A DNA stretch of 64,000 nucleotides from Chrysomallon squamiferum. Taxonomy: Eukaryota; Animalia; Mollusca. A model generated the notes under the pieces. That model saw only the letters and a program-made list of their open reading frames with translations, did not search any database and was not told the origin of the DNA. The position numbers were made by a program, and so were the translations under genes. The DNA lies in NCBI GenBank assembly GCA_012295275.1, contig CM022667.1:1426001-1490000 (forward strand), given 5' to 3'. Each line of letters opens with the position of its first letter. Positions within the stretch are counted from its first letter, which is position 1. This document shows positions 1 to 15,337 of the stretch, piece by piece.

Positions 1-639
1 CACACACACACTGTAAGACTACCAGTGTAAACACAGATTCTAACAGGCTGCAGTTTTTGCCGTGTTTGTAATTTCTAAGTGACTTGTCAGATAAGAATGT
101 TTGAATACCTCTCATCACCGGTCTCTCAAACAGCAGTTACAACCAACACATTACCACCCAGCACTGAAAAAAATATATCTTACAGCATTAATACCACTGC
201 TGATCAACACAACTGATAAATCTATTCCTTATTATACAAACATACAATGGATACATTACGTTAAGTTATTGAAGATAAGTTACGTGTAGTCACTGATATA
301 GATTTTATTTCATTGTTGTTATTATGTATATGTTACATTATGTCATTATATATTACAGGTATAGTATTACTGTGTTTTGTATATAAATATATAATAATAA
401 TAATAATTATTATTATTATTATTATTATCACAAATATATCAGATGAAATCATTTTTATAGATGTATTAAGTTATTATTAGTGATCTGTTACATTATGTTT
501 TATTATTATTACATGTATTACTTCAAGTTATTATTCAAGTAATTACAGCAAGTATATTACACTGAGTCAGTAATACAGAAGTGTTACATGATAGTGAGAC
601 AGATATAGACAGATAGACAAATAGACAGACAGACAGACA

Positions 640-1024
640 GACAGGTAGATAGATATAGATTAATAGACTGATTAATGGTTAAACTATGAATTTTTTAAAT
701 TATTATTCATCCTTGAATTATAAAATATAAACATGTATAATAAAAAGGTCTTTGTGTACATATATGCATACACACACACAGACATGCATTCAGACATATA
801 GACATACATATATACATACATGTACACACACACACTTACATACATACATAGAGACAGGTAGATAAATATAGATTAATAGACTGATTAATGATTAAACTAT
901 GAATTTTTTTATTATTCATCCTTGAATTATAAAATATAAACGTATAATAAAAAGGTTTTTGAGTACATACATACACACATCAGACATGCATTCAGACATA
1001 TAGACATACATATATACACACAAA

Positions 1025-1059
<35 letters not shown>

Positions 1060-1167
1060 ATATATACATACACACACATACACTTACATACATATATACA
1101 TACAGACATGCATACATACAGACATACATACAGACACATACACAGACACATATGTTACATATATATG

Positions 1168-1200
<33 letters not shown>

Positions 1201-1207
1201 GTATATG

Positions 1208-1250
<43 letters not shown>

Positions 1251-1275
1251 GTATATGTATATGTATATATATATA

Positions 1276-1316
<41 letters not shown>

Positions 1317-1335
1317 ATATATCAATATATACACA
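640..1335. repeat. About 210-bp local duplication followed by compound (CA)/(TACA)/(TA)/(TATATG) microsatellites
   Basis: acaggtagat...gattaatagactgattaatg...catccttgaattataaaatataaac occurs at about 641 and about 854. Confidence 0.85.
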
Positions 1336-1363
1336 CTCCAATGAAATTTAAATTTTTCTTCAG

Positions 1364-1635
1364 AACCGCGTACAGTGACCACCCTCCTCCAATCCCTGTG
1401 ATGTTGATGAGTGATTAAGTAAAATGTGTCTGCTGACACACGCTGGCAACTACAACAGCCCCAAGTGACTGAGCACACTAGCACACTTTTTGAAATCTGT
1501 TCTTTAGTATCCATCCATCGGTGGTTACATGCAAGCCACAGATATCATATAATGGTGTAATCGCCGGGCAGCACTGACTTGGAATTTTGGGATAGGATGT
1601 CCTCGTACTAAAATGCAGAACTGATTTTCATGAAG
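1364..1635 (+). other. Candidate non-coding (5' UTR) exon, probably of the adenylyl cyclase
   Basis: Complex, GC-richer island bounded by a strong acceptor (tttttcttcag) and a consensus donor (AAG|gtgagt); no through-going ORF. Coding exon 1 starts at an acceptor, so an upstream exon must exist. The linkage is inferred. Confidence 0.55.
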
Positions 1636-2753
1636 GTGAGTGGATAGAGAGGAACAGAAATGGGTTGCTGTGTGGGTGGTATTTGTTTGTTTGTTTGTTT
1701 AGTTGTTTGTTTATTTATTTATTTATTTGTTTAATTATTGGTGGGGTTGTTTGAAGAAGATATTATTTTATTGAATGTGGTGAATGTTTGGAAAATTTTC
1801 ATGGTTTTTTTTTTAAAGTATTTTAATATTATTACCAGACTGTTTTTTTTTTTGTTTTTTTTTTTAAATGTTTTTAAAATTTGTTTTAATTTTATTTTAT
1901 TATTATTTTTATTTTTTTACAAAGATTGTATTGTTAATATTTTTGAATCATGTGTTTAACATATGTTTTATTTGTTTTTAAATTTGAATACTTTGTGTTT
2001 AACTTTTGTGTTTTATTTGTTTTTAAATTTAGTTACTTTTGATTTTGATAAATATCTTACACTTTGTTTCTCTGTTAAAGAATTTAATATACTAATTTCC
2101 AAAGATATATATATATATACATATATATATACACATACACATTAATATCATAAGATATATATATATGTATGTTAATATCAAAAGATATATATATACACAC
2201 ATACACACACACACACACACATATTAATATCAAAAGTTATATATATGTTAATATCAAAAAAGAAAAATTCACTAATATTTAAAAAAAAATTTGCAAGACA
2301 TTTTTTTCTATTTGTATACACAATGGGTTTGACTGATCAGTCAGAAGTTGCTTATAGTTTTGTTTTTCAGCCAATTATTTTTGGAACCTTGAACAGAACC
2401 ACTGTTCAAACAATCTGTTGCATGCCTCTAACTAACCAATTTCCTGAATAATACATTTTCTTCACATGTACACTGATTTAGTTTGGATTGGGATGATTAC
2501 TTCCCCTATCAGCAATCTTCTGTTAAGAAGTTAAGAAAGTCAGTGCACACAGACGCAAATACACACGTGGTTTAAAAATAATGATACAAATAAATAAATA
2601 AAAAAAAATAAATAATAATAATATTAATAATAATAATAGTAATGGTAACAACAACAATAATAATAATAATAATAATAATAATAGTAATAAAATATTAACA
2701 ATAATAATAACAATAATATAATGAAATTAAAATAAATAAAAAATAAAATGTTA

Positions 2754-2784
<31 letters not shown>

Positions 2785-3239
2785 AATGAAAATAAAAAAA
2801 TTAATAAATAAAATAATAATAATAAATAATAATAATAATAATAAAATTAATAATAAATATATAAAAACAATTAAACAAAAATCATATCCTTACATATTTA
2901 ATGGTAACCATAACAGTTTCCAACTATGGGTTGTAAACATATTGAAAAAAAAAAAAATAATTTTTTTTTTTTTTTTTTATATAAAAGTTTAATACAGCCA
3001 GAGGGAATTCAAACGGTTATGAAAGTGTTGATTGCCACAAGCAATTGGATGAGTTATACAAATGCTCTCTTTATGGGACACATTATGCACTTGAATTATA
3101 TATCTTCTTCACCAAATGAAAAACTGTTTAGCGAAAAAAGTGAACCGTCTGTTTTCTTTCATAAGCAGAAGTATAGTAACAAGTAATAAAACCAAGAACA
3201 ACAGAGACAAAGATGAAAAAAAGTGATAGAGAGAGGAGA

Positions 3240-3240
3240 G

Positions 3241-3309
<69 letters not shown>

Positions 3310-3660
3310 TATATATATATATATATACACATGCAACAGAATTGAGTGTTTATGTGTGCAATGTTTGTGTGTGTGTGTGTGTGTGTGTTTGGAGAGAGAG
3401 AAAGAAAGTGAGAAAGAGAAAAGGAAAGTGACAGACAGAAATAAACGGAGTGAAAGAGAGAGAAAGAAAGTGAGAAAGAGAAAAGGAAAGTGACAGACAG
3501 AAATAAACGGAGTGTGAAAGAGAGAGAAAGAAAGAGAAAGAGTTAGTGAGGTAGATATAGAGATAGAAAGAGAGAGAGAAAGAAAAAGGAGAGATTATAG
3601 TGATAGAAAGAAAGGGAATGAAAGAAAGAAAGACACAGAGGGCAGAGAGAGAGAGGGGTA
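3240..3660. repeat. (GA)n, (TA)n, (TG)n microsatellites and an approximately 59-bp purine-rich tandem duplication
   Basis: gagagagaaagaaagtgagaaagagaaaaggaaagtgacagacagaaataaacggagtg occurs twice. Confidence 0.85.
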
Positions 3661-3884
3661 GGTAGTATTAAAGTTGCTTCTGTTTATGCAAGTCAATCAT
3701 ATTCAATTTTTAATGGAAGTAAAATAAAGTTTTTTTGTTGTTGTTTTTTTTATAGAGAATTTATCTCATATCTGAAAATTTAATATTACCAGAGGACAAA
3801 GATAGAATTATATCTTTATTACAACTTTCAGTGTTATAGGGTGTAATAGGATTATCATTCATATCCTAACTAACATACTTAGCA

Positions 3885-4180
3885 TTTATTTGATTTTTAT
3901 TTATTATTTATTTATTTGTTTGCTTGTTTATTTATTTATTTGTTTATTTATTTGCTTGTTTATTTATTTATTTGTTTACTTATTTATTTATTTGTTTATT
4001 TACTTGTTTATTTGTTTGTTTGTTTGGATATTTATTATTTGTTTATTTACTAATTTGTTTATTTATTATTTGTTTATTTATTATTTATTTATTTATTTGT
4101 TTTTATTTATTTATTTATTTGCTCATTTATTTATTTGTTTGTTTGTTTGTTAATTTGTTTATTTGTTTGTTTGTTTTTAA
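3885..4180. repeat. (TTTA/TTTG)n microsatellite
   Basis: Direct reading. Confidence 0.9.
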
Positions 4181-4639
4181 CATGAAAACTTTATTCAGTC
4201 TTTTTGGCTGTTATTATCTCATTGTATATTAAAAAAAAGGAAAATCATTTCATTTATTTAAAATTAAACTTTATTTTGCACATCTGTTTTTTATTATTAT
4301 AATTATTATTATTTTTTTAATCTTATTTTTTATTTTTTTATTTATTTTTTTATTTATTTATTTATTTTTGTTTCGTTTCATGACTCTGGCTGCACACACT
4401 ATCAATCAATACGGATTAGAAACATGTTTATTTAGTCAACGCACCATGATGAGGGTGTAGTCGCAGTTGTCATGGTGCTGGTTCACCTTCTATGTCTCAT
4501 CCGCACATGATGGCGTCTATAAATAAACCTGCACTGATTGTAAAATCAAACTACAAACACGAAATCTTTTGTGCGTAAAACCTGTCTGTGTGCAAAAACT
4601 AAATTTGAGTCATGCAGGAGAACGAGAAAATAGTATCTC

Positions 4640-5120
<481 letters not shown>

Positions 5121-5744
5121 GTGTCTAAAAAAGAAAGAATGAGATAGATAAAAAGATAGATTAGGTAGATACATACATATATGGGTAGGAAGAAAGATAT
5201 ATAAGGTAGGTAGATATATAGATAGGTAAGTAGATAGAAGTACAGATTAATTTTTAGCAGACAGAGAGAGGCTGGTAGATAGATAGATAGATAGATAGAT
5301 AGACAGACAGAATGTAGTGTACTGATAGACAGTGTATATGGAAAGAGAGAGGCTAAAAAGAAAGATTGATAGAGAGAGAGAGATATAAAAAGATCAAAAG
5401 AGAGTAGAAAGAAAGATATAAAGAGTTGGAGAAAAAGATAAATTTACAATCATGCAGAAAGACAGATTGACAGAGAGCATGTAGAAAAAGTGAACGACAG
5501 AAACAGAGGGGACTTGAAAAAAGAAAAATGAAGGAAAAATTGTTTATTATTGTAATTTATCTATTTATTTATTTATTTACTGTGACAAACATTTTTAAAC
5601 ATTTATATTATATTTTTTAAACCTTGCACTAAATTATCTTAAGTACACACATTATCTCAGTAAAAAAAAAAAAGTTAAAACACTGAAGAGTGATAGACTG
5701 CAGGATCAATTCTTTTTAGAGAGTCTTTTTTTATTTTTTAGTTA

Positions 5745-5970
5745 TTTCCCATTCCACCCAGGTCTCCATGACTAATTTATCACTCAGTTCAATGTTTATT
5801 CCTGTCTGTGGGAAGGTATAAAAAAAAAAAATTAGATCCCTTGCTGTTAATTACGTAGTTATTATTTAGTGGCCATATTAAGTTTTCTCTGATAAATCAT
5901 CATTACACAACAAACACATAACACCTGATAATGATTAATATTAAAAATGCATCGAGGTGTCTTTAAACAC
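5745..5970 (+). mobile_element. Decayed copy of the same dispersed repeat
   Basis: tttcccattccaccca (also at about 29079) ... tcctgtctgtgggaagg ... agatcccttgctgttaa. Confidence 0.5.
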
Positions 5971-6169
5971 TCCCGCATTAACTTTCCTATTAAATACGTA
6001 GCATGTTATCCAAGCCAAGTGCAGAAATGTCATTTATCTTTATGGGAGGGTAAATGATTTAATGAGCAGTAAAAACTGATACATGAGCCTTGCCTCATTA
6101 ATTTCCATTAGTGTAATTAATACGTAGAGCGTTTTCATCAAAAAGTGACAGCCAACTGAGCTTGAGACA

Positions 6170-6602
6170 GAGATAATGAATAAAAAAAAAATAATAAATA
6201 TATCTACATCTCTATATATATATATATATACATCTGTATATATATATATATCTACCTACATCTGTGTATATATATATATATATATCTACATCTGTATATA
6301 TATATATCTATCTATCTACATCTGTATATATATATATATATATATATATCTACATCTGTGTATATATATATATATATATCTACATCTGTGTATATATATA
6401 TCTATCTATCTACATCTGTATATATATATATATATATCTATCTACATCTGTATATATATATATATATGTGTGTGTGTAGATATATATATATATATATGTA
6501 GATATAATTTCACAGAGATAATGAATAAAAACATAATAAATATATCTACATATCTATATATATATATATATCTACATCTGTATATATATATATCTATCTA
6601 CA

Positions 6603-6637
<35 letters not shown>

Positions 6638-6724
6638 ACATCTGTGTAATATATATATATATATCTACATCTGTGTATATATATATAATATATATCTACA
6701 TCTGTGTATATATATATATATATA

Positions 6725-6773
<49 letters not shown>

Positions 6774-7130
6774 ATGTAGATATATATATATAGATAGACA
6801 GATGTAGATATAATGAATACAGAATAAAAACATAATAAATATATCTACATCTCTATTTATATATATATCTATCTACATCTGTATATATATATATATATCT
6901 ATCTACATCTGTATATATATATCTATCTACATAGATAGATATATATATATAGATAGATAGATGTAGATATAATATATTTTTTTCATATATTCATATATGC
7001 ATAGATATATACACACACACACATACATACATACATACATACATACATACATACATACATACAAACATACATACATACACAAAGATATACATACTTACAT
7101 CCATGCATACATACAGACATACATATATGT
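6170..7130. repeat. Compound minisatellite TCTACATCTG(TA)n with a larger repeated header, then (TACA)n
   Basis: More than 15 copies of tctacatctg separated by variable TA runs; header aataaaaa...ataataaatatatctacatctctat at about 6175, 6520 and 6820. Confidence 0.9.
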
Positions 7131-7156
7131 TGTTTTATTATCTATCTACAAAAAAA

Positions 7157-7190
<34 letters not shown>

Positions 7191-9295
7191 ATTAAAAATT
7201 ATTTTTTAATTTATTTTTTAATTTTTAAAATTTCTGTAGTTGGATAATAATAAAGTAATTATTGTGGTTTAGATGGCTTGTTCTCAAAAAAAAATGCATT
7301 AAAATTTCTTTCTGAATTTTTAAAATTATTTCCTTATATTAATATTTGATACATTATTTCAAAATAAATTATTTTTTTTAGTAGATATTTTTAAAGCAGT
7401 ACTGTTTTAATGAGTGGAAAATGTATAATATTGTATTGTTTTAAAAATAATTTTTGACATTTGTCTACATCAATTGATTTTTAAAATTTAGTTTTTTGAA
7501 CCTAAATTGCAAAAGAAAAATTGAATATTTTTTCTTTATCATTTCTGTCAACTTTTCCCCATATTTATTTTTATTTTTACTTTAATTGTATTGATTATGA
7601 CATTTGTTTTTCCTGACATACATTAGGTCATCAATTCTGACAAATTTGTTTCTAAAAAAAATTTCCATCTATAAATCCAGAAAATTGAATAACAAAAAAA
7701 AAAAAATAAAAAATAAAAAATAAAAAATTAACCTAAATAATCATAAATAATATTATATCCCTATATAAATTTGATTGAAAAAAAAATAATAATAATAATA
7801 TTTAACCAAAATGATCACAAATAGCATTATATTTCTATATAAATTTTCCATAAATAATATTACATTCGTATATAAATTTCAGATAAATCATAAAAACCTC
7901 ACACTAAAAATCCAATATGAATTAAAAAAATAAATCAATAAAAAATGAAGATTTTTACAAAAAATATTAATAAATAATGACATTAACCCATTAACATGCA
8001 CTAACGATTATTTGCAATATAATTCCTTTCTTCTTTATCTTCTCGTATGTTTTTTTTTGTTTGTTTTTTTCCCTTGCTACTATTCATTCATCTCCAATAC
8101 GATGTTCAAGGCTGCGATGATGGCAAAGCGTAATCCTGCGATTACTGCTAACCAAAGGAGGTGCTTTAATTGGTGGATATTTGCACGCCATAATAATAAT
8201 AATAATAATAATAATAATTGACTTCTCCTGTGTAACAGCCCAGAGGCAAATTAGAGCTCTCCGAGGCAAATGACAAATGAAGATGGGCTGAAGAGCATGG
8301 TCTGTGGATTCCTGTTTCAGATGTAATTGGTTTTTAGCACCGATGGTTAGAAAATGTCTTTTCAAAATGTGTCAGAGGTCTAACTTCGGTCAAGAGTCGT
8401 TTTCTTTTTTGTTTTTTCTAAATTTGTTTTTTTGAAGAGTATTTTAATGTTGTTTTGTTATCATTATCATTGTCATTATTATTATTATTGTTGTTATTAT
8501 CATAATTATTATCATTATTTTTATTATTGTTGTTGTTATTATCATTATCATCATCATTATTGTTGTTGTTGTTATTAATTATTTATTATCACTATTTATT
8601 ATTTTTATTATTAAAAGTTCAAGTTTGTCTGTTTAACAAAAATGAAAGCATTCATTTGTTTTTCCTTTTCTCTCTTTGCCTTTCTTTCTATCTATCTAGC
8701 TATTTCTACATCTTTCTGTTTCTTTCTGTACATTCTTTCACTTCATCTTTACTGTTGTCATCATCATTATCATCATCATCATACTAATAAAATTAATAAG
8801 AATAGTAATAATAATGATGATTATTGTATAAACTTCATAATTTTATTTATTATTATTATTATCTTTTACAGTCAAAAAAAACAACAACCCCCAACAAATT
8901 CTTGGTTTAAGGCAAAATACCAGATTAATTATTTTCTTGCAGTAACTGATCAATTCATCATGAAATGTTATTCACTGAACTGCTTCAGGGCTACTTGTTA
9001 CTTCATAGAAATTTTCAAATCTAACAAGATTATTTTTGAGTGACTTTTCATTGCTGTTCTCTTTTTTAATTTGTTTTTCATTATTTAATTTTTTTTTTTT
9101 TAAATATAAAACCTTTGTTTATTAATTTAAAATAATTTAAAGGTTTTTTTGTTCATTATTAAATCATTAATTTTTTTAATTTTTTTATTAATACTGAACT
9201 ATTATTAGTCACTTTAACAGACAATTTGTTAACAATTTAAATTATTAGTATTATTTTTTTGTTCTTGTTATTGTAGTTCTTGCTATTATTGTTTT

Positions 9296-9339
<44 letters not shown>

Positions 9340-10404
9340 TATCATTACCATTATTATTATTATTATAAATCTGAAAATACTAAAATTTAATTGTTCTAAC
9401 ACAAACATATTTAACTGAGTTTGTATGTTTGTGTGTGTGTGTGTGTAGGTGTTTTGTATTATTTATTTCAAACAGAACAACACATTCAACTTACAATAAA
9501 CTTGCTTTGGTACAAGCGTGCATCAAACCATTAAGACTTTAAAACGTTTCACCCTCTTCGGTTAACCTTTTCCTTTTGTGTTAAATTCATAATTAAGTAA
9601 TCGCGACATTCAAAAAGTGGTGACAAGGCAAAATGGAATGACAGACAGCTAGTCCAGTTTGAAAATCTCCAGGGACGCAAAATTCTTTACAAAAAAAAAA
9701 AAAAAAAAAATGTGAGAATTTTCATTAAAATGAATGACTGTTTTCCTATTGCCTTTAAATCTTATGCATCAGCCATTTCAGAAAAAAACCTAATTAATTT
9801 GTTTTAAAAATCTTATTTTTTTCCCGTTCCAACCAGATTATGCATTATTAATTTATCACACAGCGAAACCTGATTTTCATTAGTTGATGTCTAGTTGATT
9901 TAGCTTTTTAAGTGTTTTATAATGTATGATTGTCATGTGTGTTAGCAGTGATGGAGTATTAATAATTGTTAATTTAGTTGATTAAAGTCTTAATTGCAAC
10001 TGACACCACTAATTAAAAAAAAAAAAAAAAAAAAAAATAATAATAAAATAAAACTAAAGTTGTAAATCCAGATTTGTCACAGATTCTATGCTCCTCAATA
10101 CATTATATCCCAATCCAGTCAGTGCTCTAAGACTGGTTCATTAACCTCTTCTGTATTGAGTTTGATGTGATCTTCAGACAGCAAATATTTAAACTAGAAG
10201 CATAACTAATCAAGTGTTTTCATTCAGGACAAATGAACACACTGTCTGATAAAGCATCTAAGAGATTACGTTATGACTGAATTTTCTCTCTCTCTCTCTC
10301 TTTTTCTCACTGTCTCTCTGTCAGTATGATTTTATGTCTCTCTTTGTATATGTCTGTCTGTCTCTTTTTCATTATATGTTTATGTCTATATATGTCTCTA
10401 TGTC

Positions 10405-10680
10405 TCTATTTCTATCAAAATATGCCTCTGTCTCTGTTTCTATCAAAATAGCCTCTGTCTCTGATTCTATCAAAATATGTCTCTCTGTCTCTGTTTCTAT
10501 CAAAATATGTCTCTCTGTCTGTTTCTATCAAAATATGTCTCTGTCTCTATTTCTATCAAAATATGCCTTTTTGTCTCTATTTCTATCAAAATATGTCTCT
10601 CTGTCTCTATATCTATCAAAATATGCCTCTTTGTCTCTATTTCTATCAAAATATGTCTCTTTGTCTCTGTTTCTATCTAT
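10405..10680. repeat. Minisatellite, about 28-30-bp unit (TTTCTATCAAAATATGYCTCT[CT]GTCTCTR)
   Basis: About 9 tandem copies. Confidence 0.9.
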
Positions 10681-12079
10681 ATATCTCGCTCTATCTCATT
10701 TTCTTTTGTGATTTTTCTTTCTCTCTCTCTCTATGTCTTTCTCTCTTTCTGTGTTTTTCTTGTTTGTATTATTTTGTTTCTGCAAACAGAGACAAGTTCT
10801 ATGTCATCATTTACTGACAGCTGTGTCTTTGTGTGTGCCTCTTTCTTTTTCTTAGCATTATTTTCAGTAAAATGAAAAAGAAAAAAAACAAACAAAATAA
10901 CCCAAATACCTGAAACAAAACTCTAAGCTAAAAGTACCAAGAAACAAAATCAGTAACATTTAAAGTGCAAATAGGTCTTGTCTTTCAAATGTTAAGGTGA
11001 AACGCTCATACATCAAAAGCCTGTAGCTGATTTACGTTGTTATTATTATTTTTTTATTATTCTCTTTTTTTTTTTTTTTTTTTCATTCCCTCACTCAAAA
11101 TTTAAAAGAGGTAGTTCATACAAAAAGCTATATTTATGCAGAAGGGAACTGACAACAAAGTGATTTTCAGAAACCCCATGTGTATTAATTTCCTCATCAT
11201 TAACAAACATAACTGAACAGAGGAAAGGTCAGCATGCAGCCATTTTGGTTTTGTTTTTTTTTTTTTTATGCAAAAATATATATGAAAGAAAGGAAAAGAA
11301 AAGTTTAATGTTTCTAAGCTAAGAAATAAATTTTGTTTTGTTACTTTACTGGCAGGCTTTTATGTTATTATTATTTTTTTTACTTTTATTATCTTTTTTA
11401 AATATATTTATCAACTTTTCTTTTTTAATAATTTTTTTTTTTAATTTTTTATTTTGATTTTTGGAAAATTTATTGTAAACTGTGTAAAATATAACTGAAA
11501 AAGAAGAATATATATATATATGTATGTATATATGCATGCATGCATGTATGTAAGTATGTATGTAAGTACTAAATTTTGTAAATAAACTTACTCTTAAATA
11601 AAATATTAATAACTAATAAACCTTTGACTTTCAATAAATCCACATTTCATTCAACAATCACACTTCTTTTCTACTTTTTTTATTTTTTTTTTTTTTTCAT
11701 TTTTTAACTACGTACCATTGTTAATCAATCAGTATTTGTCCCAAAACGACATTATTTGCCTCACATAGGGATTATCAAACAAGGTCCTTAGCATGCATGT
11801 GCTAGCTAGAATTATGATTAAACTGGAAGTCAGAGAAAAAGCTTAGAATACTCAGCAGGCAAGCTCACAGTCAAGCTGTTTTGTCGTAATTAAATAGGAT
11901 TAAGTATTTGATCAGCTGATAGTAGAGACCTGGGTTTGCTGTTGTTCTGATACAGTCATGAACCAGTAGTTCACACACACACACACAGACACACAGAAAG
12001 AGAGACAGACAGACAGACAGACAAATATGTCAGGAATTACTCAGGCAGACAAAGGTCTTGGGACTTGATGTGCGATGAT

Positions 12080-14050
12080 TTGCAAATGTCACTTTATCAT
12101 GTAAGAATGTTTTTTTTTATAATTTGTTGTGTAAAAAGTTGCAAATGTCACTTTATCATGTAAGAAATGTTTTTGTTATAATTTGTTGTGTAAAGTTGCA
12201 AATGTCACTTTATCATGTAAGAAATGTTTTTTGTTAAAATTTGTTGTGTAAAATAATAATTTATGTTGAATGTTTTTGTTGTAATTTTTCTAAAAAGTTG
12301 CAAATGTTATATTATCATGTAAGAATGTTGTTGTTGTAATTTGTCATGTAAAAATAAAATTTATATTGTAAATTGTCCAAAAGTAACTTTATCATGTAAG
12401 AATGTTTTTATATAATTTGTTGTGTAAAAGTTGCAAATGTCATTTTATCATGTAAGAATGTTTTTGTTGTAATTTGTTGTGTAAAAGTTGCAAATGTCAC
12501 TTTATCATGTAAGAATGTTTTCGTTACAATTTGTTGTGTAAAAGTTTATCGTGTAAGAATGTTTTTGTTGTAATTTGTTGTGTAAAAGATGCAAATTTTA
12601 CTTTATCATGTAATAATGTTTTTGTTATAATTTGTTGTGTAAAAAGTTGCAAATGTCATTTTATCATGTAAGAATGTTTTTGTTACAATTTGTTGTGTAA
12701 AAGTTGCAAATGTCATTTTATCATGTAAGAATGTTTTTGTTGTAATTTGTCATGTAAAAATAAAATTTATATTGTAAATTTTCCAAAAGTAACTTTATCA
12801 TGTAAGAATGTTTTTTTTATAATTTGTTGTGTAAAAAGTTGCAAATGTCACTTTATCATGTAAGAAATGTTTTTGTTGTAATTTGTCATGTAAAGTTGCA
12901 AATGTCACTTTATCATGTAAGAAATGTTTTTGTTGTAATTTGTTGTGTAAAAGTTGCAAATTTTACGTTATCATGTAAGAACGTTTTTGTTAGAATTTGT
13001 TGTGAAAAAAGTTGCAAATGTCATTTTATCATGTAAGAATGTTGTTGTTGTAATTTGTCATGTAAAAATAAAATTTATATTGTAAATTTTCCAAAAGTAA
13101 CTTTATCATGTAAGAATGTTTTTGTTACAATTTGTTGTGTAAAAGTTGCAAATGTCATTTTATCATGTAAGAATGTTTTTGTTACAATTTATTGTGTAAA
13201 AGTTGCAAATGTCATTTTATCATGTAAGAATGTTTTTGTTGTAATTCATTGTGTAAAAAGTTGCAAATGTTACTTTATCGTGTAAGAACGTTTTTGTTAG
13301 AATTTGTTGTGTAAAAAGTTGCAAATGTCATTTTATCATGTAAGAATGTTTTTGTCATAATTTGTCATGTAAATTTTGCAAATATCACTCTATCATGTTA
13401 AAATATTTTGTTATAATTTGTTGTGTAAAATTGCAAATTTTACTTTATCATGTAAGAATATTTTAGTTTGAATTTGTTGTGTAAAAACTGCAAATGTCAT
13501 TTTAATAATGTAAGAAACTGAACATTTTATCATGTAAAAATTTTTTTTTTATAATGTTACAGTTTTGCAAATGTCACTTTATCATGTTAAAATATAAAAT
13601 ATTTTAAATTTTGAATTTATCATGTAAAATTTTTGTTAAATTTACCAATAAAGTTTTAAAAGTCCCAAAAACTGAAAGGTTATTTTTTATAATGTTACAA
13701 TTGCAAATGTCACTTTATCATGTACAAATATTTTAGTTTGAATTTATCGTTTAAAACTGCAAATATCACTTTACCCAGAAAGAGTTGCAAATGTCACTTT
13801 ATCATGTAAAATCATTAAAAAATTGCATATATCATTTCATCATCTAAGACTTGCTAATGTCATTTTATTTGTGTAAAAATTGCAAATATCATTTTGTCAT
13901 CAAAGACTTGCTAATATCATTTTATTTGTGTAAAAATTGCAAATGTCACTTTATCATGTAAAAATCATTTAAAAATTGTAAATATCATTTCATCATCTAA
14001 GACTTGCTAATATCATTTTATTTTGTGTAAAAATCCCAAATGTCACTTTT
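12080..14050. repeat. Minisatellite, about 59-60-bp unit (TTGCAAATGTCAYTTTATCATGTAAGAATGTTTTTGTTRTAATTTGTTGTGTAAAAG), degenerate at the 3' end
   Basis: About 25-30 copies; a variant unit (taaaaataaaatttatattgtaaatt.tccaaaagtaac) recurs at about 12345, 12750 and 13058. Confidence 0.95.
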
Positions 14051-14904
14051 AGCAAAAAATAATTAAGACTGATGGATAAACAGTGAGTGAGGGATAGAAA
14101 GAGAGAGAGAGAAAAAAAAATCACATTAAAAAAGTTCATGTTCATAACAAATGTCAATAACTACACGCTGTTTGCTATAATTATCATTTTCTCCTGCTGA
14201 AACAAAGAGCTATAATTATTTACAAACAATATAATCATCATTTGATTTATTTATATAACAAAAACACACTTAACTTTCCCTACGACAAACAGAACCATGC
14301 AGAAAACCACAGTATTAGCGCCATTTTTTATACAGATCTCGGGCAAAGGCCTTTTATTAGATAATTGCATTTTAAAATGTTTAAGTGTTTTAACTGTGTA
14401 TTAAACAAATCATTAACTGCTTAATTTTCGGTTGTGTTTTTTTTTTTACGTTGTTAATATGGAAAACATAGAAGTATTAATTATGTGTTAAAAGAAGTGT
14501 TATATAATTCATATCTTGACATTTTAGGATATAAATCATTAATTTTTTTTTTTTTTTTTTTATTTACTTTTATTTTTATCTAATTGTTAGTAATGATGTG
14601 GAAGTTAAAACCATTTATTTCTGATTCAGTGTAATAACAGGGTTTTTGTTTTTTTTAAATATTGATTTAGTTGACAAATGTTAAATTTATAAAACACATA
14701 CACACACACACACACACATGTATGCATACTCATAAACCTATATACATGCATGCCTACACACACACACTTACGTGCATACCCCACTCACAAAAAACAGATA
14801 TCCTTAAACACAAACACATATACACACACACACATAATATACACCCACTCACACAAAACAGATATCCTATATACACACAAACATCCAAACATAGCCAAAC
14901 ATAT

Positions 14905-14958
14905 ATGCATACACACACACACACACACACACACAATACACAAATACACATACCCATA

Positions 14959-15003
<45 letters not shown>

Positions 15004-15079
15004 TACACAATTACCCATACCCCTCACACACACACCCAGACACACACACACACAATATACAAATACACAATTACCCATA

Positions 15080-15130
<51 letters not shown>

Positions 15131-15152
15131 ACACAAATACACAATTACCCAT

Positions 15153-15188
<36 letters not shown>

Positions 15189-15211
15189 ACACAAATACAC
15201 AATTACCCATA

Positions 15212-15250
<39 letters not shown>

Positions 15251-15273
15251 ACACAAATACACAATTACCCATA

Positions 15274-15335
<62 letters not shown>
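14905..15335. repeat. Compound minisatellite (CA)n-ATACACAAATACACAATTACCCATAC
   Basis: About 6 copies with variable CA length. Confidence 0.92.

Positions 15336-15337
<2 letters not shown>

Noticed and set aside
14905-15335. Constant 26-bp repeat with variable spacers (CRISPR-like look)
   Set aside because: The spacers are only (CA)n of varying length; this is a compound minisatellite.
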